A DNA stretch of 64,000 nt from Hydrurus foetidus. Taxonomy: Eukaryota. Below the pieces are notes generated by a model. It was not told the DNA's origin, ran no database searches, and saw only the letters and a list, made by a program, of their open reading frames with translations. Of this stretch, positions 11,268-19,524 are shown piece by piece. How positions within the stretch are numbered: the stretch's first letter is position 1; each line of letters opens with the position of its first letter. The stretch spans positions 248,001 to 312,000 of the forward strand of contig UYFQ01000023.1 in the NCBI GenBank assembly GCA_900617105.1. Reading direction: 5' to 3'. Both the position numbers and the translations under genes were made by a program.

Positions 11268-12110
11268 ATGACCTTTAGCCGCGTACCCATCGGGATCTTT
11301 GACAGTGGCATCGGCGGCCTGAGCATCTTGCGCTCGCTGAAGGCTGCACTGCCTGACGAGCACTTTGTGTACCTGTCTGACAGCGCCCACGCACCATATG
11401 GCGAGCGGGGCGATGCTTTCGTCATCGCTCGCAGCCATGCCATCACCCAGCAACTGCGGGACGAGCACTGCATCAAAGCGCTTGTCATCGCGTGCAACAC
11501 AGCCACGGCAGCAGCCATCCACAGCCTTCGGGCGGCACACCCCGGTATGCCCTTCATCGGGGTTGAACCTGCGTTGAAACCCGCCGCACTGCTGAGCCAA
11601 ACCGGGCACATTGGCGTGCTGGCGACGCGGGGCACCGTCCACAGCGCCAAGTTTCTAGCCCTGCTGGCACAGGTGAAAAACACCACGTCGTCCCGGTTTT
11701 CGGTGCAAGCCTGCGATGGGTTGGCCGCAGCGATTGAGGCCAGCGTGCAGCAGAGCGATGCCACAGCAGAATCTACGTCTGAAGTAAGAGCGCTTCTAGC
11801 ACGCTACATAAGCGCTATGGGCCAGTTTGGCACTCAAAATAATGCCATTGACACCCTGGTACTCGGCTGCACCCATTACGCCTTGGCCCTCGCCCCCCTG
11901 CAATCCTTGGTGGGGCCATCGGTGCAGGTGCTGGACAACGGCCCCGCAATAGCCCAGCAAACCCAGCGCCTGCTGGCCGCTGCTGCGCTGCTGGCCCCGC
12001 CAGGGGGAAAAGAAGGTGGCCGCATCCAATGGCTCGCCACCGGCGACGATGCGCCCTTGCTGGCAGCAGCACGCCGTTGGCTGCCCGGCTCAAACAGCCA
12101 ATACCCTTAG
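11268..12110 (+). CDS. murI: glutamate racemase
   Basis: FDSGIGGLS, IACNTAT, LGCTHY catalytic motifs. Confidence 0.96.
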   Translation: MTFSRVPIGIFDSGIGGLSILRSLKAALPDEHFVYLSDSAHAPYGERGDAFVIARSHAITQQLRDEHCIKALVIACNTATAAAIHSLRAAHPGMPFIGVEPALKPAALLSQTGHIGVLATRGTVHSAKFLALLAQVKNTTSSRFSVQACDGLAAAIEASVQQSDATAESTSEVRALLARYISAMGQFGTQNNAIDTLVLGCTHYALALAPLQSLVGPSVQVLDNGPAIAQQTQRLLAAAALLAPPGGKEGGRIQWLATGDDAPLLAAARRWLPGSNSQYP

Positions 12111-12166
12111 TCACACCTTAATCGGTGCTCCCCCGTAGAATGATTTTAGATTTTTGAAGACCACCC

Positions 12167-13453
12167 ATGTCAGACCCTCTCGCCACAGCCGCCCCAGCAT
12201 CAACGCAGACCGCGATTGACAACCACGCGGTAGAAGAACTGACCACCGTCCTGGCCCGCCAGTCCATCTTGGACGATGCGGGCAAAGTATTCGGCTACGA
12301 GCTGTTCAACCGATCCACGGCCATGCACGACGCGCAAAGCGATGGCACGGTACTGTTTCGGGTGCTCTCCAACGCCGGAGCTGACACGCTGTTTGGCAAA
12401 AAAATCCTGTTTGTTAACTGCACCCACGACAGCTTGGTCGGCCAGCATTTGGAGCTGGTTCACCCAGAGCAACTGGTGCTGGAAGTTCCCCCCATCGCAG
12501 GGAACCCGGTTCTGGACATTAACGCCTGCTTGGTCAACCTGATCACACTGCGCCAGCGGGGCTTTCGGTTCGCGTTTGACCACAGCGTACTGACCAAGCC
12601 TTACAGCTCTTGGCTACCTTTAGCATCGTTCATCAAGCTCGATACCACCCAGCTCAAGCCTGAGACCATAGCGCCTTTCGTGCGCTATGCCCAAAAGCAC
12701 ACCCAAGCCCGGTTGATTGCAGACAAAGTGGAAACAGCCACCCAACATACCCAGCTGAAAACCTTGGGAATTGGCCTGTTCCAGGGTTATTGGTTCTCAC
12801 ACCCCGTCACCGTCACTGCCAGACTGGTGTCTCCCGCACAAAGCACAATTTTGGAGCTGCTGAATTTGGTGCGCAACCAGGCGGACGCGATCAAAATTGA
12901 GACCTTGCTCAAGCGTGATCCCACCCTTTCGTTCAACCTGTTGCGCTTTATCAACTCATCAGGTTTTGGCTTGAATTCCGAAATCACCTCATTCCGCCAT
13001 GCCGTGATGATTTTGGGTCTAAAGAAGCTGTTCCGCTGGGCCGCGATGTTGCTTTCCGCAGCCAAAGCGGGCGGCCCCCCCCCAGCTTTGGGCAATTTGG
13101 CCGTGCTGCGTGGCCGTTTGATGGAAAATCTGGTGGCCGATTTACTCACCAAAGAAGACGCTGACAACGCCTTTGTGGTCGGCGTTTTCTCACTGTTAGA
13201 CACCATGCTTGGCATACCAATGGAAGAAGCACTGGCATCGCTTTCGTTGCCCGATACAGTAACGGATGCCTTGCTACGCCGTACTGGCCCCTTCGCTCCC
13301 TTTCTGCACCTGGCTGAAGTCTGCGAAACCGGCTCAGACACCGATGTGAACACAGCAGCAGACACCCTCGCCCTCTCCAGCCACCAAGTCAACATGGCCC
13401 ACTTGGAAGCGCTGGTCTGGACGGAGACGCTTTTGGGTGGAATCAGTAACTAG
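12167..13453 (+). CDS. EAL-like and HDOD domain protein
   Basis: RQSILD..GYELF, QGYWF followed by HDOD (DPTLSFNLLRFINS, VGVFSLLD); EAL motif degenerate. Confidence 0.88.
   Translation: MSDPLATAAPASTQTAIDNHAVEELTTVLARQSILDDAGKVFGYELFNRSTAMHDAQSDGTVLFRVLSNAGADTLFGKKILFVNCTHDSLVGQHLELVHPEQLVLEVPPIAGNPVLDINACLVNLITLRQRGFRFAFDHSVLTKPYSSWLPLASFIKLDTTQLKPETIAPFVRYAQKHTQARLIADKVETATQHTQLKTLGIGLFQGYWFSHPVTVTARLVSPAQSTILELLNLVRNQADAIKIETLLKRDPTLSFNLLRFINSSGFGLNSEITSFRHAVMILGLKKLFRWAAMLLSAAKAGGPPPALGNLAVLRGRLMENLVADLLTKEDADNAFVVGVFSLLDTMLGIPMEEALASLSLPDTVTDALLRRTGPFAPFLHLAEVCETGSDTDVNTAADTLALSSHQVNMAHLEALVWTETLLGGISN
13447..13452. repeat. left copy of 6-bp target-site duplication TAACTA
   Basis: Directly abuts the left inverted repeat; identical hexamer at 19510-19515. 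Confidence 0.8.
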
Positions 13454-13575
13454 TGCCAGCCAGAAAACCCTCGTCGCCGAGAGGTGATAGGACGATTTTC
13501 ATCACGAAGATTTCGCAAAAGTTGGCTGTATTGATGGTTTTCATTCAAATTTGGGCCATTACAGGCAAATTGCAG

Positions 13576-13842
13576 TCAATCTTCGTGGAGGTACGGGGTC
13601 GCTGATGTGCTGCAAAAAATGGCTGTGGTGTCTATGCGCCTGCGCGATGTGTGCAAGGGTGCAACCACCTCCACCACTACGGCTTGGCCATCGGGCAGGG
13701 AGATGGCCAACACCTCGTGTCCGTCGATATTGAGCTGATAGACGGTCGACGTGCCGACCGCCTGTGAATCATCAAGCTTGGCCTGCTTCAGCAACAGGGC
13801 CAGCTCTGCTGAGGCGACAGTGTGCCAGTTGAGCCGGTTCAT
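13576..13842 (-). CDS. hypothetical protein
   Basis: 88-aa ORF with 4-bp ATGA overlap to the upstream GGDEF-EAL gene; globular-looking composition. Confidence 0.65.
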   Translation of the reverse strand: MNRLNWHTVASAELALLLKQAKLDDSQAVGTSTVYQLNIDGHEVLAISLPDGQAVVVEVVAPLHTSRRRIDTTAIFCSTSATPYLHED

Positions 13843-16337
13843 TCCTTGCGTGCCTGCTGTTGTTCACGCAGGCGGTTGGCAAAGGCGCTGACCGTGAGCG
13901 GCCGGGCATAGTAGTAGCCCTGTACCTGTTTGCAGCCAAGCCGCATCAGCAAATCGGTTTGTTCCTTGTTTTCCACGCCTTCGGCCACCACCGACAGCCC
14001 CAGGCTGCGCGCCATGGCGATGATGGCACCCGCTATGGCTGCGTCGTCGGGGTTGGTGTGGATGTCGTTGATGAAGGAGCGGTCGATCTTGAGTTCATCA
14101 ATGGGGAAGCGTCGAAGGTATGACAGGCTGGAGTAGCCGGTGCCAAAGTCGTCCAGCGATAGCATCACGCCCAGCTTCTTCAGCGCGCGCAGGGCCGACA
14201 GCGTGCTGTCCACATCGTGCATGACCATGCTCTCGGTCAGCTCCAGGATGACCTGCTCCGGGTCTGCGCCGGTGCTGGCAAATACGGCTGCAATGCGGTC
14301 GGCCAGCTCGTCCTGGCGGAACTGTCGGGCCGACACATTGATGGCGATCTTGAGTGGCGGCAGGCCCTGCTGGCGCCACAACACCTGCTGCTTGCAGGCC
14401 TCATGCAACACCCACTCGCCCAAGGGAAGGATAAGGCCCGTTTCTTCTGCCAGGGGTATGAACTCTATCGGATGTACCAGGCCAATCTGTGGATGTTTCC
14501 AGCGTATCAGGGCCTCGGCACCCACCACGTGCTGGGTGGCCAGATCGATCTTGGGCTGGTAGTGCAACACAAACTCGCCACGCTCCAGGCCACGGCGCAT
14601 GGCGCCTTCCATGTCGAGCCGGCTGATGGCGGTCGAGCCCATTTCGGGCACAAACTGGCGCACGCTATTGCGGCCATGCTCCTTGACGCGGTACATGGCC
14701 ATGTCGGCATAACGCAGCAGAATCTCGCCATGATCGCCATCGCGCGGGTACAACGACACGCCGATACTGGCGGTAACAAACACATCGCGCCCGGCCACCT
14801 CGATGGGCCGCGATAGGGTGGACAAAATCTTCTCGGCAATATGGTCAACATCATCGGGTTGTGGCAGATTGGTCAGGATGATGACGAACTCGTCACCGCC
14901 CAGCCGGGCCACGGTATCGGTCTCGCGCACGCAGGCGCTCAGGCGCTGCGCTACTTCTTTCAGCAGGGCGTCACCGGCGCTGTGGCCGGATGCGTCGTTG
15001 ATGAGTTTGAAGTGGTCCAGATCCAGCAGCATCACGCCCATCACATGACCATTGCGTTTGGCCCAAGCAATGGCCTGTTCAATACGGTCGTTGAGCAGGT
15101 TGCGGTTGGCCAGGCCGGTCAGGCTGTCGTGGTTGGCCTGATGCTCCAATGCGTGCTGATAACGAACTCGCTCGCTGATGTCGTTGATGACGCTGACGAA
15201 ATGGGTGGTGGCACCACCCGTGAGGTCGTGTACAGGCGCGATGTGCAGTTCATTCCAGAATAGCGTGCCATCCTTGCGGTAGTTGCGCAACGTGGCAGCC
15301 CCCTCACGCTTTTCGCGCAGCGCAGACCGTATATGGTCCAGGTCGGGTTGGGCCAGGTCGTCGCGCACCAGAAAGCGCCCCTCCATCCCCATGACTTCTT
15401 CGGCGCTGTAACCGGTAATGCGTTCAAAGGCCGGGTTCACGTAGACGATGGAGTGGTCGTCGTCGTCGCTGCGGGTGATCATGATGCCGTTGCTGCTGGA
15501 GGCCAGCGCCTTTTCGTGCAGGTGCCGGGTTTGGGCATAGTCGGCCCGCCGCAATTTGCGATCACTGACATCTTCTTTGACGACGATCAGGTGCGTACGG
15601 TGGCCTGCAGTGTCGCGCAGGATCGATGCCACCTGGCGCTCCCAGTAGACGCTGCCGTCCTTGCGTGTGCTCTGCACATCGCCATTCCAGCGGTCGCTGA
15701 TGTGCGGCGACATCAGCAGACTGCGGTAGGCGGCGACGGTGATTTCGTCCGGGTTCCAGGGGTGGGGCAAAACGCCAATGACCTCGGCTGCCGAGAAGCC
15801 CGACATGTTCAGGAAGCCTCGGTTGCAGTACGCCACCCTGCCGTCGAGGTCCATGACGATGAGGCCAAACGGGCTCTGCTCAATGGCCTGCGCCAGCAGT
15901 TCTGTCCTAGTGGGACTCAACGGGTGGGCATGGGGTATCTGGGCGCTGGCAACCCAGTGGGCCAGTTCGCTGACCATACGTGCCACCAAGTCCTGCTCCT
16001 CGGGCCCTGTCACTGCATCAAATCGAGCATGAACCTGTAGCGCCCCCTGGGTTACGCTGCGATGCTGGATAGGAAAGCTGAACTGGTGTATGCCGGGTAC
16101 CACCGGCGGGGTGCCGGTCTGGCAGTGCACGCGGCTGCCGTCGGGTTGGGTCAGGCTGATTTCGGCGTGCACATAGTCAGTGTGCTCCACGAGCAACTCG
16201 CACAGGCCCTGGGCCCAATCGTGGGCCGTGAGCGCGCTGCGTTGGCATTTACTCCAGCCTTCAAACAACAGCATCCAGCGCTTCAGCCTGTGCAGCTCGG
16301 ACTCCAACGGTAGTGCGGGTTCAAGGGTCATCGTCAT
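13839..16337 (-). CDS. PAS-PAS-GGDEF-EAL diguanylate cyclase/phosphodiesterase
   Basis: Two PAS/PAC domains (RKDGS, YRKDGTLFWNEL), RETD I-site, GGDEF, EALIRW, DDFGTGYSS intact. Confidence 0.95.
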   Translation of the reverse strand: MTMTLEPALPLESELHRLKRWMLLFEGWSKCQRSALTAHDWAQGLCELLVEHTDYVHAEISLTQPDGSRVHCQTGTPPVVPGIHQFSFPIQHRSVTQGALQVHARFDAVTGPEEQDLVARMVSELAHWVASAQIPHAHPLSPTRTELLAQAIEQSPFGLIVMDLDGRVAYCNRGFLNMSGFSAAEVIGVLPHPWNPDEITVAAYRSLLMSPHISDRWNGDVQSTRKDGSVYWERQVASILRDTAGHRTHLIVVKEDVSDRKLRRADYAQTRHLHEKALASSSNGIMITRSDDDDHSIVYVNPAFERITGYSAEEVMGMEGRFLVRDDLAQPDLDHIRSALREKREGAATLRNYRKDGTLFWNELHIAPVHDLTGGATTHFVSVINDISERVRYQHALEHQANHDSLTGLANRNLLNDRIEQAIAWAKRNGHVMGVMLLDLDHFKLINDASGHSAGDALLKEVAQRLSACVRETDTVARLGGDEFVIILTNLPQPDDVDHIAEKILSTLSRPIEVAGRDVFVTASIGVSLYPRDGDHGEILLRYADMAMYRVKEHGRNSVRQFVPEMGSTAISRLDMEGAMRRGLERGEFVLHYQPKIDLATQHVVGAEALIRWKHPQIGLVHPIEFIPLAEETGLILPLGEWVLHEACKQQVLWRQQGLPPLKIAINVSARQFRQDELADRIAAVFASTGADPEQVILELTESMVMHDVDSTLSALRALKKLGVMLSLDDFGTGYSSLSYLRRFPIDELKIDRSFINDIHTNPDDAAIAGAIIAMARSLGLSVVAEGVENKEQTDLLMRLGCKQVQGYYYARPLTVSAFANRLREQQQARKE

Positions 16338-16389
16338 TTTTTTTGGGGGGGGCCACGCTGCGCGGGGTGCAACGCATAGCGAATTTTAA

Positions 16390-16496
16390 GGTTCTGTCGA
16401 AGTAAGCATAAACGACAATCGGTGCCATTCAACCGCATCCGCAGCGAACCAGTTCTACGGCCTTTCGCGGCCATACCTCACCAACGCGACAGAACC
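16390..16496 (+). mobile_element. internally deleted IS6-family remnant (MITE-sized)
   Basis: Starts GGTTCTGTCGAAGT and ends GCGACAGAACC (inverted pair resembling IS6-family ends such as GGTTCTGTTGCA); interior reads SAANQFYGL, like IS6 transposase C-termini. Confidence 0.62.
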
Positions 16497-16605
16497 CGCA
16501 CCGCTACCCGGCAGCGAGTCTGAGTCACCGTTTTGCCCGGTCACCAGTTAATGCGCTGATCAACCTCGTAACCACCCGGGTTCTCAGGGCTTAGTGGGGC
16601 AATTG

Positions 16606-17553
16606 CTACAGTCGGTTGCTATGTGCTGCGACGGTATTTTGCGTGGCCTTCCAGGCATCAAAACCACCGCGCAGCGGGTAGGCATTACGATAGCCCAGCT
16701 TTTGCAAGCTTTGCGCCACTTGCACGGCACCTGCGTCTTGCGGGCAGGCGCAAATGGTCACAATAGGATAGTCTTTTTCAACACCCGACAAGGAGTGCGC
16801 AATCGCGTCGTATCCGGTGAGGTGCGCGTTGGGAATGTGGCCCGTCTCTGCCGCCAGACTGGGGCTGCGCAGGTCGATGATGTGCGGCGGGCGCAGGCCG
16901 GAAAGGGCTTGCTGCAAGTCGACCATCTCGATGTGCTGCATGGCTGACATTCGCTCGAATCGCGTTTTTTGCCAATATTTCCAGCTGATTACGGCTGCGA
17001 CCAGAGCCACCGCGATCAGCGCGAGATGAATGCCATGCGCGTTCATCCAGCCCAGGGCCCCATCGATCTGTGACTGAAACGCATACCCCGCCAGCAACGC
17101 CAGGCCTGCCCACAAGCCTGCCCCCATGGCTGATGCCAGAAAAAATGAAGAGCGTGGCATGCCTAAAGCACCGGCAACTGGCGGAGCCACCGTGGCAAAC
17201 CCTGGTATGAATTTTCCAAACACCAGTGACCAGACACCCCACTTCATAAAGCGTGCCTCCGTCTGGTTGACGCAAGAACTCGGGTTGATCGACATTTTGC
17301 AGAGCAGCGTCAGCACCCTGTAGCCAAATTTGCGACCCGCTGCATACCAGACCCAGTCCGCCATGAGTGAGGCCAGTACAGCCACCATCAACATGGAAGT
17401 AAGCGCCATTAAACCGCTGGACTTGCTGCCCGCCAATACCATGGTTGGCACGGAAGGCACCGGCACGCCCAATTGCTGCAGGAACACGTTGACGAAGACC
17501 AACAGATTGCCGTTGTTTTGCTGCAGGAGCTGGGCGATCCACGTGCTGTCCAT
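16606..17553 (-). CDS. DedA (VTT) + rhodanese domain membrane protein
   Basis: QQLGVPVP, GKFIPGFATVAPPVAGALGM (DedA); IDLRS..GHIPNA, CACP, LRGGFDAW (rhodanese); ATG at 17553 with AAGGA RBS. Confidence 0.9.
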   Translation of the reverse strand: MDSTWIAQLLQQNNGNLLVFVNVFLQQLGVPVPSVPTMVLAGSKSSGLMALTSMLMVAVLASLMADWVWYAAGRKFGYRVLTLLCKMSINPSSCVNQTEARFMKWGVWSLVFGKFIPGFATVAPPVAGALGMPRSSFFLASAMGAGLWAGLALLAGYAFQSQIDGALGWMNAHGIHLALIAVALVAAVISWKYWQKTRFERMSAMQHIEMVDLQQALSGLRPPHIIDLRSPSLAAETGHIPNAHLTGYDAIAHSLSGVEKDYPIVTICACPQDAGAVQVAQSLQKLGYRNAYPLRGGFDAWKATQNTVAAHSNRL

Positions 17554-17735
17554 GGGTTCCTTAAAAAGGGGTGGTTGTTTCGTCGTGTGACTGCTGGTGG
17601 CATCGGGCCACGCCCTGCACACATTTTGGGTGCGCAAGGGGACAATGAGCGCAGCGCTTGCGAAAGGACAGTCTAACGGGTAACAGCGATCCATCTGCCC
17701 CTGTGATAGAGTGAATTTCAATCCAAGGAGCCACT

Positions 17736-18896
17736 ATGCCGACATCCCCTGCCCATTCACCTGCCACCGGCCTTCAACTGCGCTCGCTGGTCTCCGCCAA
17801 TGGTGAACTGCAGCTTTCGCTACAAAGCATTGCCACCACAATGCCCGCACCGGACGAAGTATTGGTGCGCATCGAGGCCACGCCCATCAATCCCTCCGAT
17901 ATTGGTCTGCTGTTTGGTGCGGCCGACCTTGGTACCGCCACGGCAACAGGCAGCCCCGCAAACCCGTTGGTCACCATGCACGTACCCGAGCGCCTGATGA
18001 AAGGCATGGCAGGCCGTGTGGGGCAATCTTTGCCTGTGGGCAACGAAGGGGCTGGCGTTGTTATTGCGACGGGGGCGTCTGCAGCAGCGCAAGCCCTGTT
18101 GGGTAAAACCGTTGCCGTACTGGGTGGCGCCATGTACGCGCAATACCGTGCAATCAAGGCGGACCAATGCCTGGTGCTGCCAGCAGGCAGCACAGCTGCA
18201 GACGGCGCATCCTGTTTTGTCAATCCGCTCACGGCACTGGGCATGGTGGAGACCATGCGCCGCGAGGGTCACAAGGCACTGGTGCACACCGCAGCGGCTT
18301 CCAACCTGGGACAAATGCTCAACAGAATTTGCCTTAAAGACGGTATCGATCTGGTCAACATCGTGCGCAAACCCGAGCAGGCAGCACTGCTCAAGGACAT
18401 AGGGGCCAGGCATGTGTGCGATGCGTCAACCCCAACATTCATGGCGGATCTGACCCAAGCACTCGTGGAAACTGGCGCCACGATTGCCTTTGACGCAACC
18501 GGCGGTGGCAAGCTGGCCGGGCAAATACTGACCTGCATGGAAACGGCGCTCAACCGCACCGCTACCGAGTACAGCCGTTACGGCTCCACCACGCTCAAGC
18601 AGGTTTACATCTACGGCGGGCTGGATACCGGCACGACTGACTTTGTGCGCAACTTTGGTTTCGCATGGAGTATGGGTGGCTGGCTGCTGTTTCCATTCTT
18701 GCAGCGCATCGGCGAGCCGGCCGCGAAGGTGCTACGCCAGCGCGTGGCTGCAGAGCTGAAGACAACCTTTGCCAGCAGCTACTCCAAAGAGATTTCGCTG
18801 GCCGAAGCCTTGCAACTGGATGCCATCGCTATCTATGGGCAGCGTGCCACCGGTGCCAAGTATTTGATCAATCCGAACAAGGCGGAAAGCGTGTGA
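17736..18896 (+). CDS. MDR-family (zinc-binding dehydrogenase-like) NAD(P)H oxidoreductase
   Basis: EATPINPSD, GNEGAGVV, FVNPLTA, HTAAASNLG; AAGGAG RBS. Confidence 0.88.
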   Translation: MPTSPAHSPATGLQLRSLVSANGELQLSLQSIATTMPAPDEVLVRIEATPINPSDIGLLFGAADLGTATATGSPANPLVTMHVPERLMKGMAGRVGQSLPVGNEGAGVVIATGASAAAQALLGKTVAVLGGAMYAQYRAIKADQCLVLPAGSTAADGASCFVNPLTALGMVETMRREGHKALVHTAAASNLGQMLNRICLKDGIDLVNIVRKPEQAALLKDIGARHVCDASTPTFMADLTQALVETGATIAFDATGGGKLAGQILTCMETALNRTATEYSRYGSTTLKQVYIYGGLDTGTTDFVRNFGFAWSMGGWLLFPFLQRIGEPAAKVLRQRVAAELKTTFASSYSKEISLAEALQLDAIAIYGQRATGAKYLINPNKAESV

Positions 18897-18918
18897 AAAA
18901 GCCAAACCCTTTCAAAAG

Positions 18919-18975
18919 AGTTTTGTCGCAGTAAGCAGAAGAGACAATTCGGGCCATGCTTACTGCGACAGAACC
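18919..18975. mobile_element. pair of inverted IS6-like ends (57-bp palindromic remnant)
   Basis: Perfect 14-bp IR TGTCGCAGTAAGCA (18924-18937)/TGCTTACTGCGACA (18957-18970) ending GACAGAACC; the first ~40 bp closely resemble 16390-16428. Confidence 0.62.
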
Positions 18976-19305
18976 AGCCGGGTTCCCATGGAGTTGGGGG
19001 TCAAGGTTTGCATCTTGGAAGACCAGCACCAATTCATCTTGCACCACCAGGTGATGGAGCAGCAAACCGATGACCAGGTGACGCTAGAGATGGTGCGTCA
19101 GGCCTAAAAACGATTCCCCGCGTTGCACGCCTGCAGCGTTGACCAAGGCTTTCATTCACCCGCCAACCAAGAAGACGTGGCCTTGGCCGTGGTTGCCCGA
19201 AACATCCACCGCATCGGTGCCATTCTGTGGCAGCGCGAGCAAGAACGCGCTCAGCGCAAGACACGGTATGCCGACCGGCATACGACGTACAAGCTGGCGG
19301 CTTAG
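18976..19305 (+). pseudogene. ISNCY-type transposase C-terminal remnant
   Basis: One frame reads VPMELGVKVCILEDQHQFILHHQVM..TDD..*KRFPALHACSVDQGFHSPANQEDVALAVVARNIHRIGAIL; in-frame TAA at 19105-19107, N-terminus absent. Confidence 0.78.
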
Positions 19306-19509
19306 CGGGGACTCGCTGACCCCTCTTGTTGTGTTCTGGGTGTTCAACCCAGGGTCTCGCCTCGTTTGCAAAGTAGGGTAAATGATCGCTTTTAGACCAA
19401 TACCTGCTGTTGTATCGCCAAGCTCGCTCGGGATAAGCTTTAAACCTCGGAGTCGCTCGAAATTTAGGCAGCCTACTTTTTTAAAAACAGGGGGTACTTT
19501 GGCTGGCAC

Positions 19510-19515
19510 TAACTA
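19510..19515. repeat. right copy of 6-bp target-site duplication TAACTA
   Basis: Directly abuts the right inverted repeat; identical to 13447-13452. Confidence 0.8.
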
Positions 19516-19524
19516 ACCCATTCA

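Larger units (their letters stand above)
13453..19509 (+). mobile_element. non-autonomous ISNCY-type element carrying cargo genes
   Basis: IRL GTGCCAGCCAGAAAACCC (13453-13470); IRR 19492-19509 reverse-complements to GTGCCAGCCAAAGTACCC (15/18 match); TAACTA direct repeats on both sides; transposase remnant just inside IRR. Confidence 0.82.

Noticed and set aside
16497..16600. Possible c-di-GMP riboswitch upstream of the GGDEF-EAL gene
   Set aside because: A GGGCAAAAC is present, but the GNRA/receptor two-stem layout of class I riboswitches could not be matched.
19156..19509. 117-aa minus-strand ORF starting at the right IR
   Set aside because: Antisense to the transposase remnant and IS end; no protein features.
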